From Amphiscolops sp. MND2022 (lineage: Eukaryota), in the NCBI GenBank assembly GCA_964187785.1, contig OZ076409.1, forward strand, positions 72,914,001 to 72,978,000: a DNA stretch of 64,000 nt, written 5' to 3'. Shown one piece after another: positions 8,807 to 22,300 of this stretch (positions within the stretch are counted from its first letter, which is position 1; each line of letters starts with the position of its first letter). The translations under genes were made by a program, and so were the position numbers. Below the pieces are notes generated by a model that was given only the letters and a program-made list of their open reading frames with translations, was not told the DNA's origin and searched no databases.

Positions 8807-10092
8807 GTGGCCGGAAATTTTTTTTTTCATCAAAATCTTTGCCATTGGGGGAGGGGCCCCGGATGGCCAGTAGTACGGCATAGCTCCCTACGGAATCCAG
8901 GCAGAAAAAACGTGATTTTGGAAACTAGCCGTCAGAATTTGCTCAAATTTTGCATACGGCTTCCTATAACAATCCTAAGAACTAATCCCTACTGGCATTT
9001 TGCCCAAAAAACGCAAAAAGTTGGTCAAAATCTTAGTTTTTTGGTCAAAAAATGGCAATTTTTCGAAAAAAAAATTTTTCAGAGACAATTACTCGTAACT
9101 GGTTCACCCAGCGCAAAAACGCCTAGCTGATTTATTGTTGGGCACTTCATGAGGAGTGCGTATACAAATTTTTGTCCAGATCGGAAAAAAAATGACTAAG
9201 TATTAGCCGGAATTCGGACGCATTTTTTCGCAAATTTTTGAAAACCTAGTCTATCTCTGCCGTTTTTTGCCCAGATTTTTTTCCAGGTCCTCTCCTAAAG
9301 GCCTCCCCTGGCCGGTTTACTTCCCAGAAAAACCATTTGGCCCTAAATACGGAGTTTCAGCGTTCTAGCATTCCCGGGCGAAAAGATGTGGGACTTAGAA
9401 AAAATTCAAAATTTTTCAAAAAAATTTTTTTCGTTTTCCGGCCCCCCAATGAAGGGGAACGACCCCCCAACGAGGATTATTGGTGAATTCACGTGGAAAG
9501 GCCTTGTTTTGTGGAGCAAATTGCCGTTTAGAGCAACTTTTTATCTTAACTTGACGTTGACCTCTGTCGTTTTGAATTTGATATTAGTATGCGTTGAGCA
9601 TGTGAAAAGTTGATGATTTCAGTTGTTCTCTCGTGTTCAAGCCATTGAGATACAAGCGGTAGTGATCAAAATGTGATTTATCGCAATTTGATGGTGCTTT
9701 TGGTGTATTTTGATTCTTTTAAATAAAAAGTTGTTCTTTTTATATTTGGTGTATTGATTCAAATGAACAAGAAACAGTTGAGTACATTTCATCTCCCCCC
9801 TTGTGGGGGAGATGAGGATGTACCCGCTAAATGACACGCACAATGGCCTAATTTTATTTTTATGCGACATTTTCTGGCTTTTGCGCAAGCCCACTAATAT
9901 TTAGACTGGTTTCCTTTTCTTTTACTCCAAAATTTTCCGTACTAACCACCTTACGCACCACCAGCTCAACGTAACATCTGTAACGTCAACGCCACACACT
10001 CTCACTAACGCCCACTGTCCGTGGGCATGCCGAGGCATGCCCTTCGACGACGTATGCCAAATAGCGCCACAGGGCGCAAACTTGTCCGCTAG
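8807..10092 (+). repeat. U7, short unit, family S-f (1286 bp)
   Basis: Hairpin A ~9780-9835, 20-mer 10023-10042; near-identical to U26. Confidence 0.9.
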
Positions 10093-10125
10093 GTGCGGGG
10101 GGGTAACCCCAACTTTTTTCTTGGA

Positions 10126-10149
10126 GGAATCGGGTAGGGTCCTGATTCC
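10126..10149 (+). other. Head hairpin H2 with conserved TAGGG(T/C) loop (representative)
   Basis: GGAATCGGG-TAGGGT-CCTGATTCC; stems covary between families. Confidence 0.8.
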
Positions 10150-11624
10150 GAGTTCAGTGCCGCCAGCTATCGTTAAAAACCCATACCTTTTAAACCCGAT
10201 CTCGGGAACTAACCACGCCCCTTCTTTAATTTTTTGGCCCCCACTCACTTTTTGAGAGTAGATCGCCCCCCACTGGGTTCCAAGTTGGGCAAAAATGGAG
10301 GTCATGGGTAACGGGGACCGTTAAGGGGTAACTCAGGGGGTAAAATTTATTTTTTGCGTCATATCTTTTCCCCCCGTGGATTTAGCGCTTCCGGTCAGCA
10401 GACAAAACCTCATGTACGTGATACGGGGCCTCCGTAGGTCCAAACAAAATTTTTCTATCATGCACCGTTACGGACTTGCCCCCCGGCCCAACCGTTATTT
10501 TACCGGAAATTGCACTTTTTGACCGGGAAGGAGTCGTCTGAGCATGGAGTCGTTTGGTAATGTTTTGTAGTGCATCTGGAGACGTGTTGGGGGACATGTA
10601 GTTTGCCGGCCCCAGTTTACCCCCCGGACGGGAAATGACCGTTATGTGAGTTTTAAAATTACCCCCCTTCAATTTTCCCCGTTATTTCCGGTGTGAAGGA
10701 GTGGGAGTAGCGCGTCGGGTGCCATATATCAAAAGTAGGTTTAGACAAGGACCAACCGGAAACTTGTGGTTTGGGACCCCCTGACCCAACCCGTTAGCCG
10801 TTATAAGGGTGATCGCCTCCTTTTTTTACTCTCAAAACCGGAAAACGGGCATTGAGGGGTAAATATCTCGTGAACGCGTGGAGCAATCGTGTCCATCACT
10901 ACTACAAGGTTTCATACCCATGATATGGTGCCTTCAGGGGGGCAAACAGATTACCGCTATCTATCACCGTTACCGACTTGGCCCCCCAGCCTAACCGCTA
11001 TGTGACCGGAAATTGCACTTTTTGAGCCCAAAGGGTCGATCCTAGCCGGGCAACGTTAGGTAACATATTGTAGTACTCATTGAGACGAGTTGGGGGATAT
11101 AGTTTCAGTCACCCCCCGTTACCCCTTGAGACCGGAAATGACCGTTATGTGAGTAGAATTGCAATTTTTATACCTTTTGAAGGGCATTTAGGTGTGGAAG
11201 GAATGGTAATAGGTGCTTGGACACTATATGATGTAATGGAGGTCGTGAAGAGAGCATTCGGAAATAACCGTTATGTTGACCCCAAAGTCCCCCTGGTACC
11301 GTTAACGACCGGAAATGGCCAAATTTTGTGTTCATAGGGTACAAATGTTTAGTATTTTATGGATAAAAGTACCTGGAAGATGTTTTAAAGGCCTCCAGAA
11401 GTGAACATAGTCATGAAACCTTGTGGGGGGTAACGGTATATAGCACCGTAAGTCCAAACCGTTGGTCACAGAATAGGTTTTTTGGTTTCAAAATGTCTTT
11501 AGGCGTAGTTATGTGGGTTGAATTGTCATAATATCAACTAATACGGACTTTTTTGGGAAATAAAATTTTTTCACATTAGTTTCAGGGACCTACAATGCTT
11601 CAGTCAACATAACCGTAACATTTT

Positions 11625-11668
11625 GATAGCCTTTCAAGTTGACCTGGTGTCAACTTGGAAGGGCTATC
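11625..11668 (+). other. Hairpin B, bulged inverted repeat of L-class units (representative)
   Basis: GATAGCCTTTCAAGTTGAC-CTGGT-GTCAACTTGGAAGGGCTATC; variants in U19 and U20 retain pairing. Confidence 0.85.
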
Positions 11669-12085
11669 CTTCTAAAATCGTTAATCAAGAGTGTTTTTGG
11701 ATAGGTATATGTTGCATTAGTACCAATTAGAGCTTCATCAACAGTTTGCCAACGGCAAAACAATGTCGTGATAATTCCGTTATAAGAATAACAGTTAACA
11801 AATTGTTTACAAAGTTGATTTTTCCCATTCAAAATGTGTCCAAATGCCACCAAATTGAATAAAATAATAAATGGTATTGACTAAAACTAACTAACATTGA
11901 AAAAGAAGCTCAACATTTTTAATAGGTCTCATTATGGAAGCTGAAACCTCACGTTTTAACTTAATTAACGTCAACGCCACATACTTTACATCAACGCCCA
12001 CCGTCTGTGGGCATGCCGAGGCATGCCCTTCGACGACGTATGCCAACTACTTTTTATATCTACACCCAATTGCGGTAGCAGCTAG

Positions 12086-13371
12086 GTGCCGGGATTTCTA
12101 TTCGATAAAGTATGTGGCGCGTGTGGGTAGGGCCCCTGGCGCGCTCTTGGGTATGGTGTTCACCAGCTAGGAAATAGGGGTCGATTTTTCGGGATCTCCT
12201 AAACTAGCCACACGATTTGGCTGAAATTTGGCACACGTACCCCCCTCGGCACGGTGAAGATGATTTCCTACTGACGTTTTTCCCGCAAAATTTTTTTTGT
12301 TGTCCAAAATAACGGTTTTTGGGGTAAAATTTTGAATTTTTTTTAAGTTTCATCTTATATCTCGCCACGGGTTTACGCTAGCGCTTCAAAACCTTGCTAA
12401 AGAAAGCTTGCAAACTGTCTCAGGAATGCGGTGTGAAATTTTCAGCTCAATCGGACTTAAACTCGGGGAGATATAGCGTTTTTCCGGAGCGGGGGGGTTT
12501 CATTTTTCTAACGGTCCAGCTTATCTTTGCCATTTTTTCGAAAATGCACTCGCCTAAAGGCCTCCCCTGGCCGGTTTTATTCCCAGCAAAACCATTTGGC
12601 CCTAAATACGGAGTTTCAGCGTTCCAGCATTCCCGGGCGAAAAGTTGTGGGACTTAGAAAAGTTCAAAAATTTTCAAAAAATTTTTTTTCCGTTTTCCGC
12701 CCTCCCCCCCTAGGGGAAAAGACCCCCCAACCAGTAATTTGAGTGAATTCATGTGGAAAGGCCATGTTTAGAGGAGAAAAATGCCGTTTAGAACGTCTTT
12801 TTATCTTGGCTCAACGTTGACTTATGACGTTTTGAAGGTGATGTTTGGAGGTGTAAAGCACGTGAATAGTAAACGTTATGAGTATTTATCTGATCTGAAA
12901 GCCATTGAGATGAATATGGTTTGCTCAAAACGTAATTCATGGCAGTTTGGCAATCAATCAACACCCTTTGTTGACATTTGACATCTTTTTTTGTTGATAT
13001 AAGAAAAAATTTCGTGTATTTATTCATTTTTTTCTCATCAAATAACTTGAAACAGTTGAGTACATTCCATCCCCCCTTCACGGGGGAGATGAGAATGTAC
13101 TCGCAAAAAGCCCCGAACTACGGCCCTTACCTTCTTGAGCTACGCAGTATAAAGATTGCATATTGGTTCCGACATTTTGATAGAGTTATATCTTGGTAAT
13201 CTGTCTGGGTATGCAGAAAAACCAGCACGTGCTTTTTTATACCAAGTTGCTCACAACGACATTTATTTTATATCAACGCCCCCATATTTATCAACGCCCC
13301 CCGTCCGTGGGCATGCCGAGGCATGCCCTTCGACGACGTATACCAAGATATGTTCGAGCGCGTTAGCCTAG
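12086..13371 (+). repeat. U9, short unit, family S-c, tail type c2 (1286 bp)
   Basis: 20-mer 13309-13328; an S unit between two L units. Confidence 0.9.
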
Positions 13372-16300
13372 GTGCGGGGGGGTAACCCCAACAAAGATAT
13401 TGGAGGATTCGGGTAGGGTCCTGAATCCGATCTTAGTACCGTCAGCTATCAGTAGAAAATTTCCCTCAAAAACCGGGATCTCGGGAACTAACCGTAGGAT
13501 TTGAAAGTTGGAGCGGCCCCCACCAGATTTTCCCGAATAGATCGCCCCCCACCGGGCTCCATACCCCGGAAAATTTTTTTTTGGCCACACGGGCGACAGT
13601 TAGGGGGTCATTTTAGGGGTAAAATTCATATTGGTCCATATAACTTTTTTCCTGTTGGTTTAAAAGTTTGGGAACCCTTCTAAAGGTTTTTCGACCATGT
13701 TGCAAGGGCTCCGGAGGTGCAAACCAAATTTTTCTATCTTGAAGCTATCTCCAAGTACCCCCCCGCTCAAACCGTTATTTTTCCGGAAACGCAGGTTTTT
13801 GACCCGGAAGGAGTCGTCTGAGCGCGGGGTCGTTAGGTGATGTTTTGGGGACGGCCTTGAGACGAAGTGGGGGACATGTAGTTTGCCAACCTCAGTTTAC
13901 CCCCCGGACGGGAAATGACCGTTATATGAGCGTGAAAAATGCCCCCCTCCACGTTTTACCGCTATTTCCGGTGTGAAGGTGTGGGAGTAGCGCGTCGGGT
14001 GCCATATATCAAAAGTAGGTTTAGACAAGGATCTATCAAAAACATGTGGTTTGGGACCGCCTGACCCAACCCGTTAGCGGGAAATGGGGCTTCCGCCTCC
14101 TTTTTTTTTGGTTAAAAACGGAAAATGGGCATTGAGGGGTAAATATCTCGTGAACGCGTGGAGCTACGGTGTCCTTCACTACTACAAGGTTTCATACCCA
14201 TGATATGGTGCCTTCAGGGGGGCAAACAGATTTCCGCTATCTATCACCGTTACGGACTTGGCCCCCCAGCCTAACCGCTATGTGACCGGAAATGTCACTT
14301 TTTGAGCCCAAAGGGTCGGTCCCAGCCAGGGAACGTTAGATAACTTTTTGTAGTACTCATTGAGACGAGTTGGGGGACATAGTTTCAGTCACCCCCCGTT
14401 ACCCCTTGTGACCGGAAATGACCGTTATGTGGGTAAAATTGGGATTTTTGTACTTTTTGAAGGGCAATTAGGTGCGGAAGGAGTGGTAATAGGTGCTTGG
14501 ACACTATATGATGGAATGGAGGACGTGAGGCGAACATTCAGACATAACCGTTATGTTGACCCTAAAGTCACCCTGGTACCGTAAACGACCGGAAATGGTC
14601 AAATTTTGTGTCTATTGGGTACAAATGTTTGGTATTTTGTAAATAAAAGTATCTATTAGGTGTTTCGACGGTCTGCAGTAGTGAACATAGTCATGAAACC
14701 TTATGGGGGGTAACGGTATATAGCACCGGAAGTCCAAAACGTTAGAGACGGGATAGGTTTTTCCGTTTTAAAATGTCTTTCGGCGTACTTTTGTCAACTA
14801 ATATGGAATATTTTTTAAAATTAAAGTTTTTCCATATAGTTTCAGAGACTCCCAAACCTCAAACAACATAACCGTTACCTTATGATAGCCTTTCAAGTTG
14901 GCCTGGTGTCAACTTGGAAGGGCTATCCTTCAAAAATCGTTGATCAAGTGTGTTTTTGGGTATGTTTGAATCATTTTAGAATCAATTAGAGCTTCAAGAA
15001 AAATTTGCCAACGACAAAAACTATGTCGTGATGATTCCGTTATTAGAGTAATAGTTAACAAAATATTGATTAAGTTGATTTTTTACATTTCAAAAGTGTC
15101 CTAAAAGCCAGAAAACCTCTTTACCAAACAAATGGTATTGATTGGATTGTATATAACAGGTAATAAAAGTTCAAATTGATTATTACGTTTTATTATGTAA
15201 GCTGAAACGTCATATTATAGTTTAATTAACGTCAACGCCACATACTTTACACCAACGCCCACCGTCTGTGGGCATGCCGAGGCATGCCCTTCGACGACGT
15301 ATACCAAACAACCTCCATATCTACACCCTAACCGCGGTAGCAGCTAGGTGCGGGGGGGTAACCCCAACAAAATTTTTGGAGGATTCGGGTAGGGTCCTGA
15401 ATCCGATCTTAGTACCGTCAGCTATCAGTAGAAAATTTCCCTCAAAAACCGGGATCTCGGGAACTAACCGTAGGATTTGAAAGTTGGAGCGGCCCCCACC
15501 AGATTTTCCCGAATAAATCGCCCCCCACCGGGCTCCATACCCCGGAAAATTTTTTTTTGGCCACACGGGCGACTGTTAGGGGGTCATTTTAGGGGTAAAT
15601 TTCATATTTGTCCATAAAACTTTTTTCCTGTTGGTTTAAAAGTTTGGGAACCCTGCTAAAGGTTTTTCGACCATGTTGCAAGGGCTCCGGAGGTGCAAAC
15701 CAAATTTTTCTATCTTGAAGCTATCTCCAAGTACCCCCCCGCTCAAACCGTTATTTTTCCGGAAACGCAGGTTTTTGACCCGGAAGGAGTCGTCTGAGCG
15801 CGGGGTCGTTAGGTGATGTTTTGGGGACGGCCTTGAGACAAAGTGGGGGACATGTAGTTTGCCGACCCCAGTTTACCCCCTGGACGGGAAATGACCGTTA
15901 TATGAGCGGAAAAAATGCCCCCCTCCACGTTTTACCGCTATTTCCGGTGTGAAGGAGTGGGAGTAGCGCGTCGGGTGTTATATAACAAAAGTAGGTTTAG
16001 ACAAGGATCTATCAAAAACATGTGGTTTGAGACCCCCTGACCCAACCCGTTAGCGGGAAATGGGGCTTCCGCCTCCTTTTTTTTCGGTTAAAAACGGAAA
16101 ATGGGCATTGAGGGGTAAATATCTCGTGAACGCGTGGAGCTACGGTGTCCTTCACTACTACAAGGTTTCATACCCATGATATGGTGCCTTCAGGGGGGCA
16201 AGCAGATTTCCGCTATCTATCACCGTTACGGACTTGGCCCCCCAGCCTAACCGCTATGTGACCGGAAATGTCACTTTTTGAGCCCAAAGGGTCGGTCCCA

Positions 16301-19300
16301 GCAAGGGAACGTTAGATAACTTTTTGTAGTACTCATTGAGACGAGTTGGGGGACATAGTTTCAGTCACCCCCCGTTACCCCTTGTGACCGGAAATGACCG
16401 TTATGTGGGTAAAATTGGGATTTTTGTACTTTTTGAAGGGCAATTAGGTGCGGAAGGAGTGGTAATAGGTGCTTGGACACTATATGATGGAATGGAGGAC
16501 GTGAGGCGAACATTCAGACATAACCGTTATGTTGACCCTAAAGTCCCCCTGGTACCGTAAACGACCGGAAATGGTCAAATTTTGTGTCTATTGGGTACAA
16601 ATGTTTGGTATTTTGTAAATAAAAGTATCTATTAGGTGTTTCGACGGTCTGCAGTAGTGAACATAGTCATGAAACCTTGTGGGGGGTAACGGTATATAGC
16701 ACCAGAAGTCCAAAACGTTAGAGACGGGATAGGTTTTTCCGTTTTAAAATGTCTTTCGGCGTACTTTTGTCAACTAATATGGAATATTTTTTAAAATTAA
16801 AGTTTTTCCATATAGTTTCAGAGACTCCCAAACCTCAAACAACATAACCGTTACCTTATGATAGCCTTTCAAGTTGGCCTGGTGTCAACTTGGAAGGGCT
16901 ATCCTTCAAAAATCGTTGATCAAGTGTGTTTTTGGGTATGTTTGAATCATTTTAGAATCAATTAGAGCTTCAAGAAATGTTTGCCAACGACAAAAACTAT
17001 GTCGTGATGATTCCGTTATTAGAGTAATAGTTAACAAAATATTGATTAAGTTGATTTTTTACATTTCAAAAGTGTCCTAAAAGCCAGAAAACCTCTTTAC
17101 CAAACTAATGATATTGATTGAATTGTATATAACAGGTAATAAAAGTTCAAATTGAATATTACGTTTCATTTTGTAAGCTGAAACGTCATATTATAGTTTA
17201 ATTAACGTCAACGCCACATACTTTACATCAACGCCCACCGTCTGTGGGCATGCCGAGGCATGCCCTTCGACGACGTATACCAAACACCCTCCATATCTAC
17301 ACCCTAACCGCGGTAGCAGCTAGGTGCGGGGGGGTAACCCCAACAAAGATATTGGAGGATTCGGGTAGGGTCCTGAATCCGATCTTAGTACCGTCAGCTA
17401 TCAGTAGAAAATTTCCCTCAAAAACCGGGATCTCGGGAACTAACCGTAGGATTTGAAAGTTGGAGCGGCCCCCACCAGATTTTCCCAAATAGATCGCCCC
17501 CCACCGGGCTCCATACCCCGGAAAATTTTTTTTTGGCCACACGGGCGACTGTTAGGGGGTCATTTTAGGGGTAAAATTCATATTGGTCCATATAACTTTT
17601 TTTCTGTTGGTTTAAAAGTTTGGGAACCCTACTAAAGGTTTTTCGACCATGTTGCAAGGGCTCCGGAGGTGCAAACCAAATTTTTCTATCTTGAAGCTAT
17701 CTCCAAGTACCCCCCCGCTCAAACCGTTATTTTTCCGGAAACGCAGGTTTTTGACCCGGAAGGAGTCGTCTGAGCGCGGGGTCGTTAGGTGATGTTTTGG
17801 GGACGGCCTTGAGACGAAGTGGGGGACATGTAGTTTGCCAACCTCAGTTTACCCCCCGGACGGGAAATGACCGTTATATGAGCGTGAAAAATGCCCCCCT
17901 CCACGTTTTACCGCTATTTCCGGTGTGAAGGAGTGGGAGTAGCGCGTCGGGTGCCATATATCAAAAGTAGGTTTAGACAAGGATCTATCAAAAACATGTG
18001 GTTTGGGACCCCCTGACCCAACCCGTTAGCGGGAAATGGGGCTTCCGCCTCCTTTTTTTACGGTTAAAAACGGAAAATGGGCATTGAGGGATAAATATCT
18101 CGTGAACGCGTGGAGCTACGGTGTCCTTCACTACTACAAGGTTTCATACCCATGATATGGTGCCTTCAGGGGGGCAAACAGATTTCCGCTATCTATCACC
18201 GTTACGGACTTGGCCCCCCAGCCTAACCGCTATGTGACCGGAAATGTCACTTTTTGAGCCCAAAGGGTCGGTCCCAGCCAGGGAACGTTAGATAACTTTT
18301 TGTAGTACTCATTGAGACGAGTTGGGGGACATAGTTTCAGTCACCCCCCGTTACCCCTTGTGACCGGAAATGACCGTTATGTGGGTAAAATTGGGATTTT
18401 TGTACTTTTTGAAGGGCAATTAGGTGCGGAAGGAGTGGTAATAGGTGCTTGGACACTATATGATGGAATGGAGGACGTGAGGCGAACATTCAGACATAAC
18501 TGTTATGTTGACCCTAAAGTCCCCCTGGTACCGTAAACGACCGGAAATGGTCAAATTTTGTGTCTATTGGGTACAAATGTTTGGTATTTTGTAAATAAAA
18601 GTATCTATTAGGTGTTTCGACGGTCTGCAGTAGTGAACATAGTCATGAAACCTTGTGGGGGGTAACGGTATATAGCACCGGAAGTCCAAAACGTTAGAGA
18701 CGGGATAGGTTTTTCCGTTTTAAAATGTCTTTCGGCGTACTTTTGTCAACTAATATGGAATATTTTTTAAAATTAAAGTTTTTCCATATAGTTTCAGAGA
18801 CTCCCAAACCTCAAACAACATAACCGTTACCTTATGATAGCCTTTCAAGTTGGCCTGGTGTCAACTTGGAAGGGCTATCCTTCAAAAATCGTTGATCAAG
18901 TGTGTTTTTGGGTATGTTTGAATCATTTTAGAATCAATTAGAGCTTCAAGAAATGTTTGCCAACGACAAAAACTATGTCGTGATGATTCCGTTATTAGAG
19001 TAATAGTTAACAAAATATTGATTAAGTTGATTTTTTACATTTCAAAAGTGTCCTAAAAGCCAGAAAACCTCTTTACCAAACAAATGGTATTGATTGGATT
19101 GTATATAACAGGTAATAAAAGTTCAAATTGATTATTACGTTTTATTATGTAAGCTGAAACGTCATATTATAGTTTAATTAACGTCAACGCCACATACTTT
19201 ACACCAACGCCCACCGTCTGTGGGCATGCCGAGGCATGCCCTTCGACGACGTATACCAAATACATTTCATATCTACACCCACCCGCGGTAGCAGCTAGGT

Positions 19301-22300
19301 GCGGGGGGGTAACCCCAACAAAGATATTGGAGGATTCGGGTAGGGTCCTGAATCCGATCTTAGTACCGTCAGCTATCAGTAGAAAATTTCCCTCAAAAAC
19401 CGGGATCTCGGGAACTAACCGTAGGATTTGAAAGTTGGAGCGGCCCCCACCAGATTTTCCCGAATAGATCGCCCCCCACCGGGCTCCATACCCCGGAAAA
19501 TTTTTTTTTGGCCACACGGGCGACAGTTAGGGGGTCATTTTAGGGGTAAAATTCATATTGGTCCATATAACTTTTTTTCTGTTGGTTTAAAAGTTTGGGA
19601 ACCCTTCTAAAGGTTTTTCGACCATGTTGCAAGGGCTCCGGAGGTGCAAACCAAATTTTTCTATCTTGAAGCTATCTCCAAGTACCCCCCCGCTCAAACC
19701 GTTGTTTTTCCGGAAACGCAGGTTTTTGACCCGGAAGGAGTCGTCTGAGCGCGGGGTCGTTAGGTGATGTTTTGGGGACGGCCTTGAGACGAAGTGGGGG
19801 ACATGTAGTTTGCCAACCTCAGTTTACCCCCCGGACGGGAAATGACCGTTATATCAGCGTGAAAAATGCCCCCCTCCACGTTTTACCGCTATTTCCGGTG
19901 TGAAGGAGTGGGAGTAGCTCGTCGGGTGCCATATATCAAAAGTAGGTTCAGACAAGGACCTATCGGAAACATGTGGTTTGGGACCCCCTGACCCAACCCG
20001 TTAGCGGGAAATGGGGCTTCCGCCTCCTTTTTTTTCGGTTAAAAACGGAAAATGGGCATTGAGGGGTAAATATCTCGTGAACGCGTGGAGCTACGGTGTC
20101 CTTCACTACTACAAGGTTTCATACCCATGATATGGTGCCTTCAGGGGGGCAAACAGATTTCCGCTATCTATCACCGTTACGGACTTGGCCCCCCAGCCTA
20201 ACCGCTATGTGACCGGAAATGTCATTTTTTGAGCCCAAAGGGTCGGTCCCAGCCAGGGAACGTTAGATAACTTTTTGTAGTACTCATTGAGACGAGTTGG
20301 GGGACATAGTTTCAGTCAACCCCCGTTACCCCTTGTGACCGGAAATGACCGTTATGTGGGTAAAATTGGGATTTTTGTACTTTTTGAAGGGCAATTAGGT
20401 GCGGAAGGAGTGGTAATAGTTGCTTGGACACTATATGATGGAAGGGAGGACGTGAGGCGAACATTCGGACATAACCGTTATGTTGACCCTAAAGTCCCCC
20501 TGGTACCGTAAACGACCGGAAATGGTCAAATTTTGTGTCTATTGGGTACAAATGTTTGGTATTTTGTAAATAAAAGTATCTATTAGGTGTTTCGACGGTC
20601 TGCAGTAGTGAACATAGTCATGAAACCTTGTCGGGGGGTAACGGTATATAGCACCGGAAGTCCAAACCGTTAGAGACGGGATAGGTTTTTTCGTTTTAAA
20701 ATGTCTTTCGGCGTACTTTTGTCAACTAATATGGAATATTTTTTAAAATTAAAGTTTTTCCATATAGTTTCAGAGACTCCCAAACCTCAAACAACATAAC
20801 CGTTACCTTATGATAGCCTTTCAAGTTGGCCTGGTGTCAACTTGGAAGGGCTATCCTTCAAAAATCGTTGATCAAGTGTGTTTTTGGGTATGTTTGAATC
20901 ATTTTAGAATCAATTAGAGCTTCAAGAAAAATTTGCCAACGACAAAAACTATGTCGTGATGATTCCGTTATTAGAGTAATAGTTAACAAAATGTTGATAA
21001 AGTTGATTTTGTACATTTCAAATGTGTCCTTTATGCCAGAAAACCTTTTTACCAAACTAATGATATTGATTGAATTGTATATAACAGGTAATAAAAGTTC
21101 AAATTGAATATTACGTTTCATTTTGTAAGCTGAAACGTGATATTATAGTTTAATTAACGTCAACGCCACATACTTTACATCAACGCCCACCGTCTGTGGG
21201 CATGCCGAGGCATGCCCTTCGACGACGTATACCAAACACCCTCCATATCTACACCCTAACCGCGGTAGCAGCTAGGTGCGGGGGGGGTAACCCCAACAAA
21301 GATATTGGAGGATTCGGGTAGGGTCCTGAATCCGATCTTAGTACCGCCAGCTATCAGTAGAAAATTTCCCTCAAAAACCGGGATCTCGGGAACTAACCGT
21401 AGGATTTGAAAGTTGGAGCGGCCCCCACCAGATTTTCCCGAATAGATCGCCCCCCACCGGGCTCCATACCCCGGAAAATTTTTTTTTGGCCACACGGGCG
21501 ACAGTTAGGGGGTCATTTTAGGGGTAAAATTCATATTGGTCCATATAACTTTTTTCCTGTTGGTTTAAAAGTTTGGGAACCCTGCTAAAGGTTTTTCGAC
21601 CATGTTGCAAGGGCTCCGGAGGTGCAAACCAAATTTTTCTATCTTGAAGCTATCTCCAAGTACCCCCCCGCTCAAACCGTTATTTTTCCGGAAACGCAGG
21701 TTTTTGACCCGGAAGGAGTCGTCTGAGCGCGGGGTCGTTAGGTGATGTTTTGGGGACGGCCTTGAGACAAAGTGGGGGACAAGTAGTTTGCCAACCTCAA
21801 TTTACCCCCCGGACGGGAAATGACCGTTATATGAGCGTGAAAAATGCCCCCCTCCACGTTTTACCGCTATTTCCGGTGTGAAGGTGTGGGAGTAGCGCGT
21901 CGGGTGCCATATATCAAAAGTAGGTTTAGACAAGGATCTATCAAAAACATGTGGTTTGGGACCCCCTGACCCAACCCGTTAGCGGGAAATGGGGCTTCCG
22001 CCTCCTTTTTTTTCGGTTAAAAACGGAAAATGGGCATTGAGGGGTAAATATCTCGTGAACGCGTGGAGCTACGGTGTCCTTCACTACTACAAGGTTTCAT
22101 ACCCATGATATGGTGCCTTCAGGGGGGCAAACAGATTTCCGCTATCTATCACCGTTACGGACTTGGCCCCCCAGCCTAACCGCTATGTGACCGGAAATGT
22201 CACTTTTTGAGCCCAAAGGGTCGGTCCCAGCCAGGGAACGTTAGATAACTTTTTGTAGTACTCATTGAGACGAGTTGGGGGACATAGTTTCAGTCACCCC

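Larger units (their letters stand above)
10093..12085 (+). repeat. U8, long unit, family L-a (1993 bp)
   Basis: Hairpin B 11625-11668, 20-mer 12009-12028; near-identical to U22. Confidence 0.9.
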
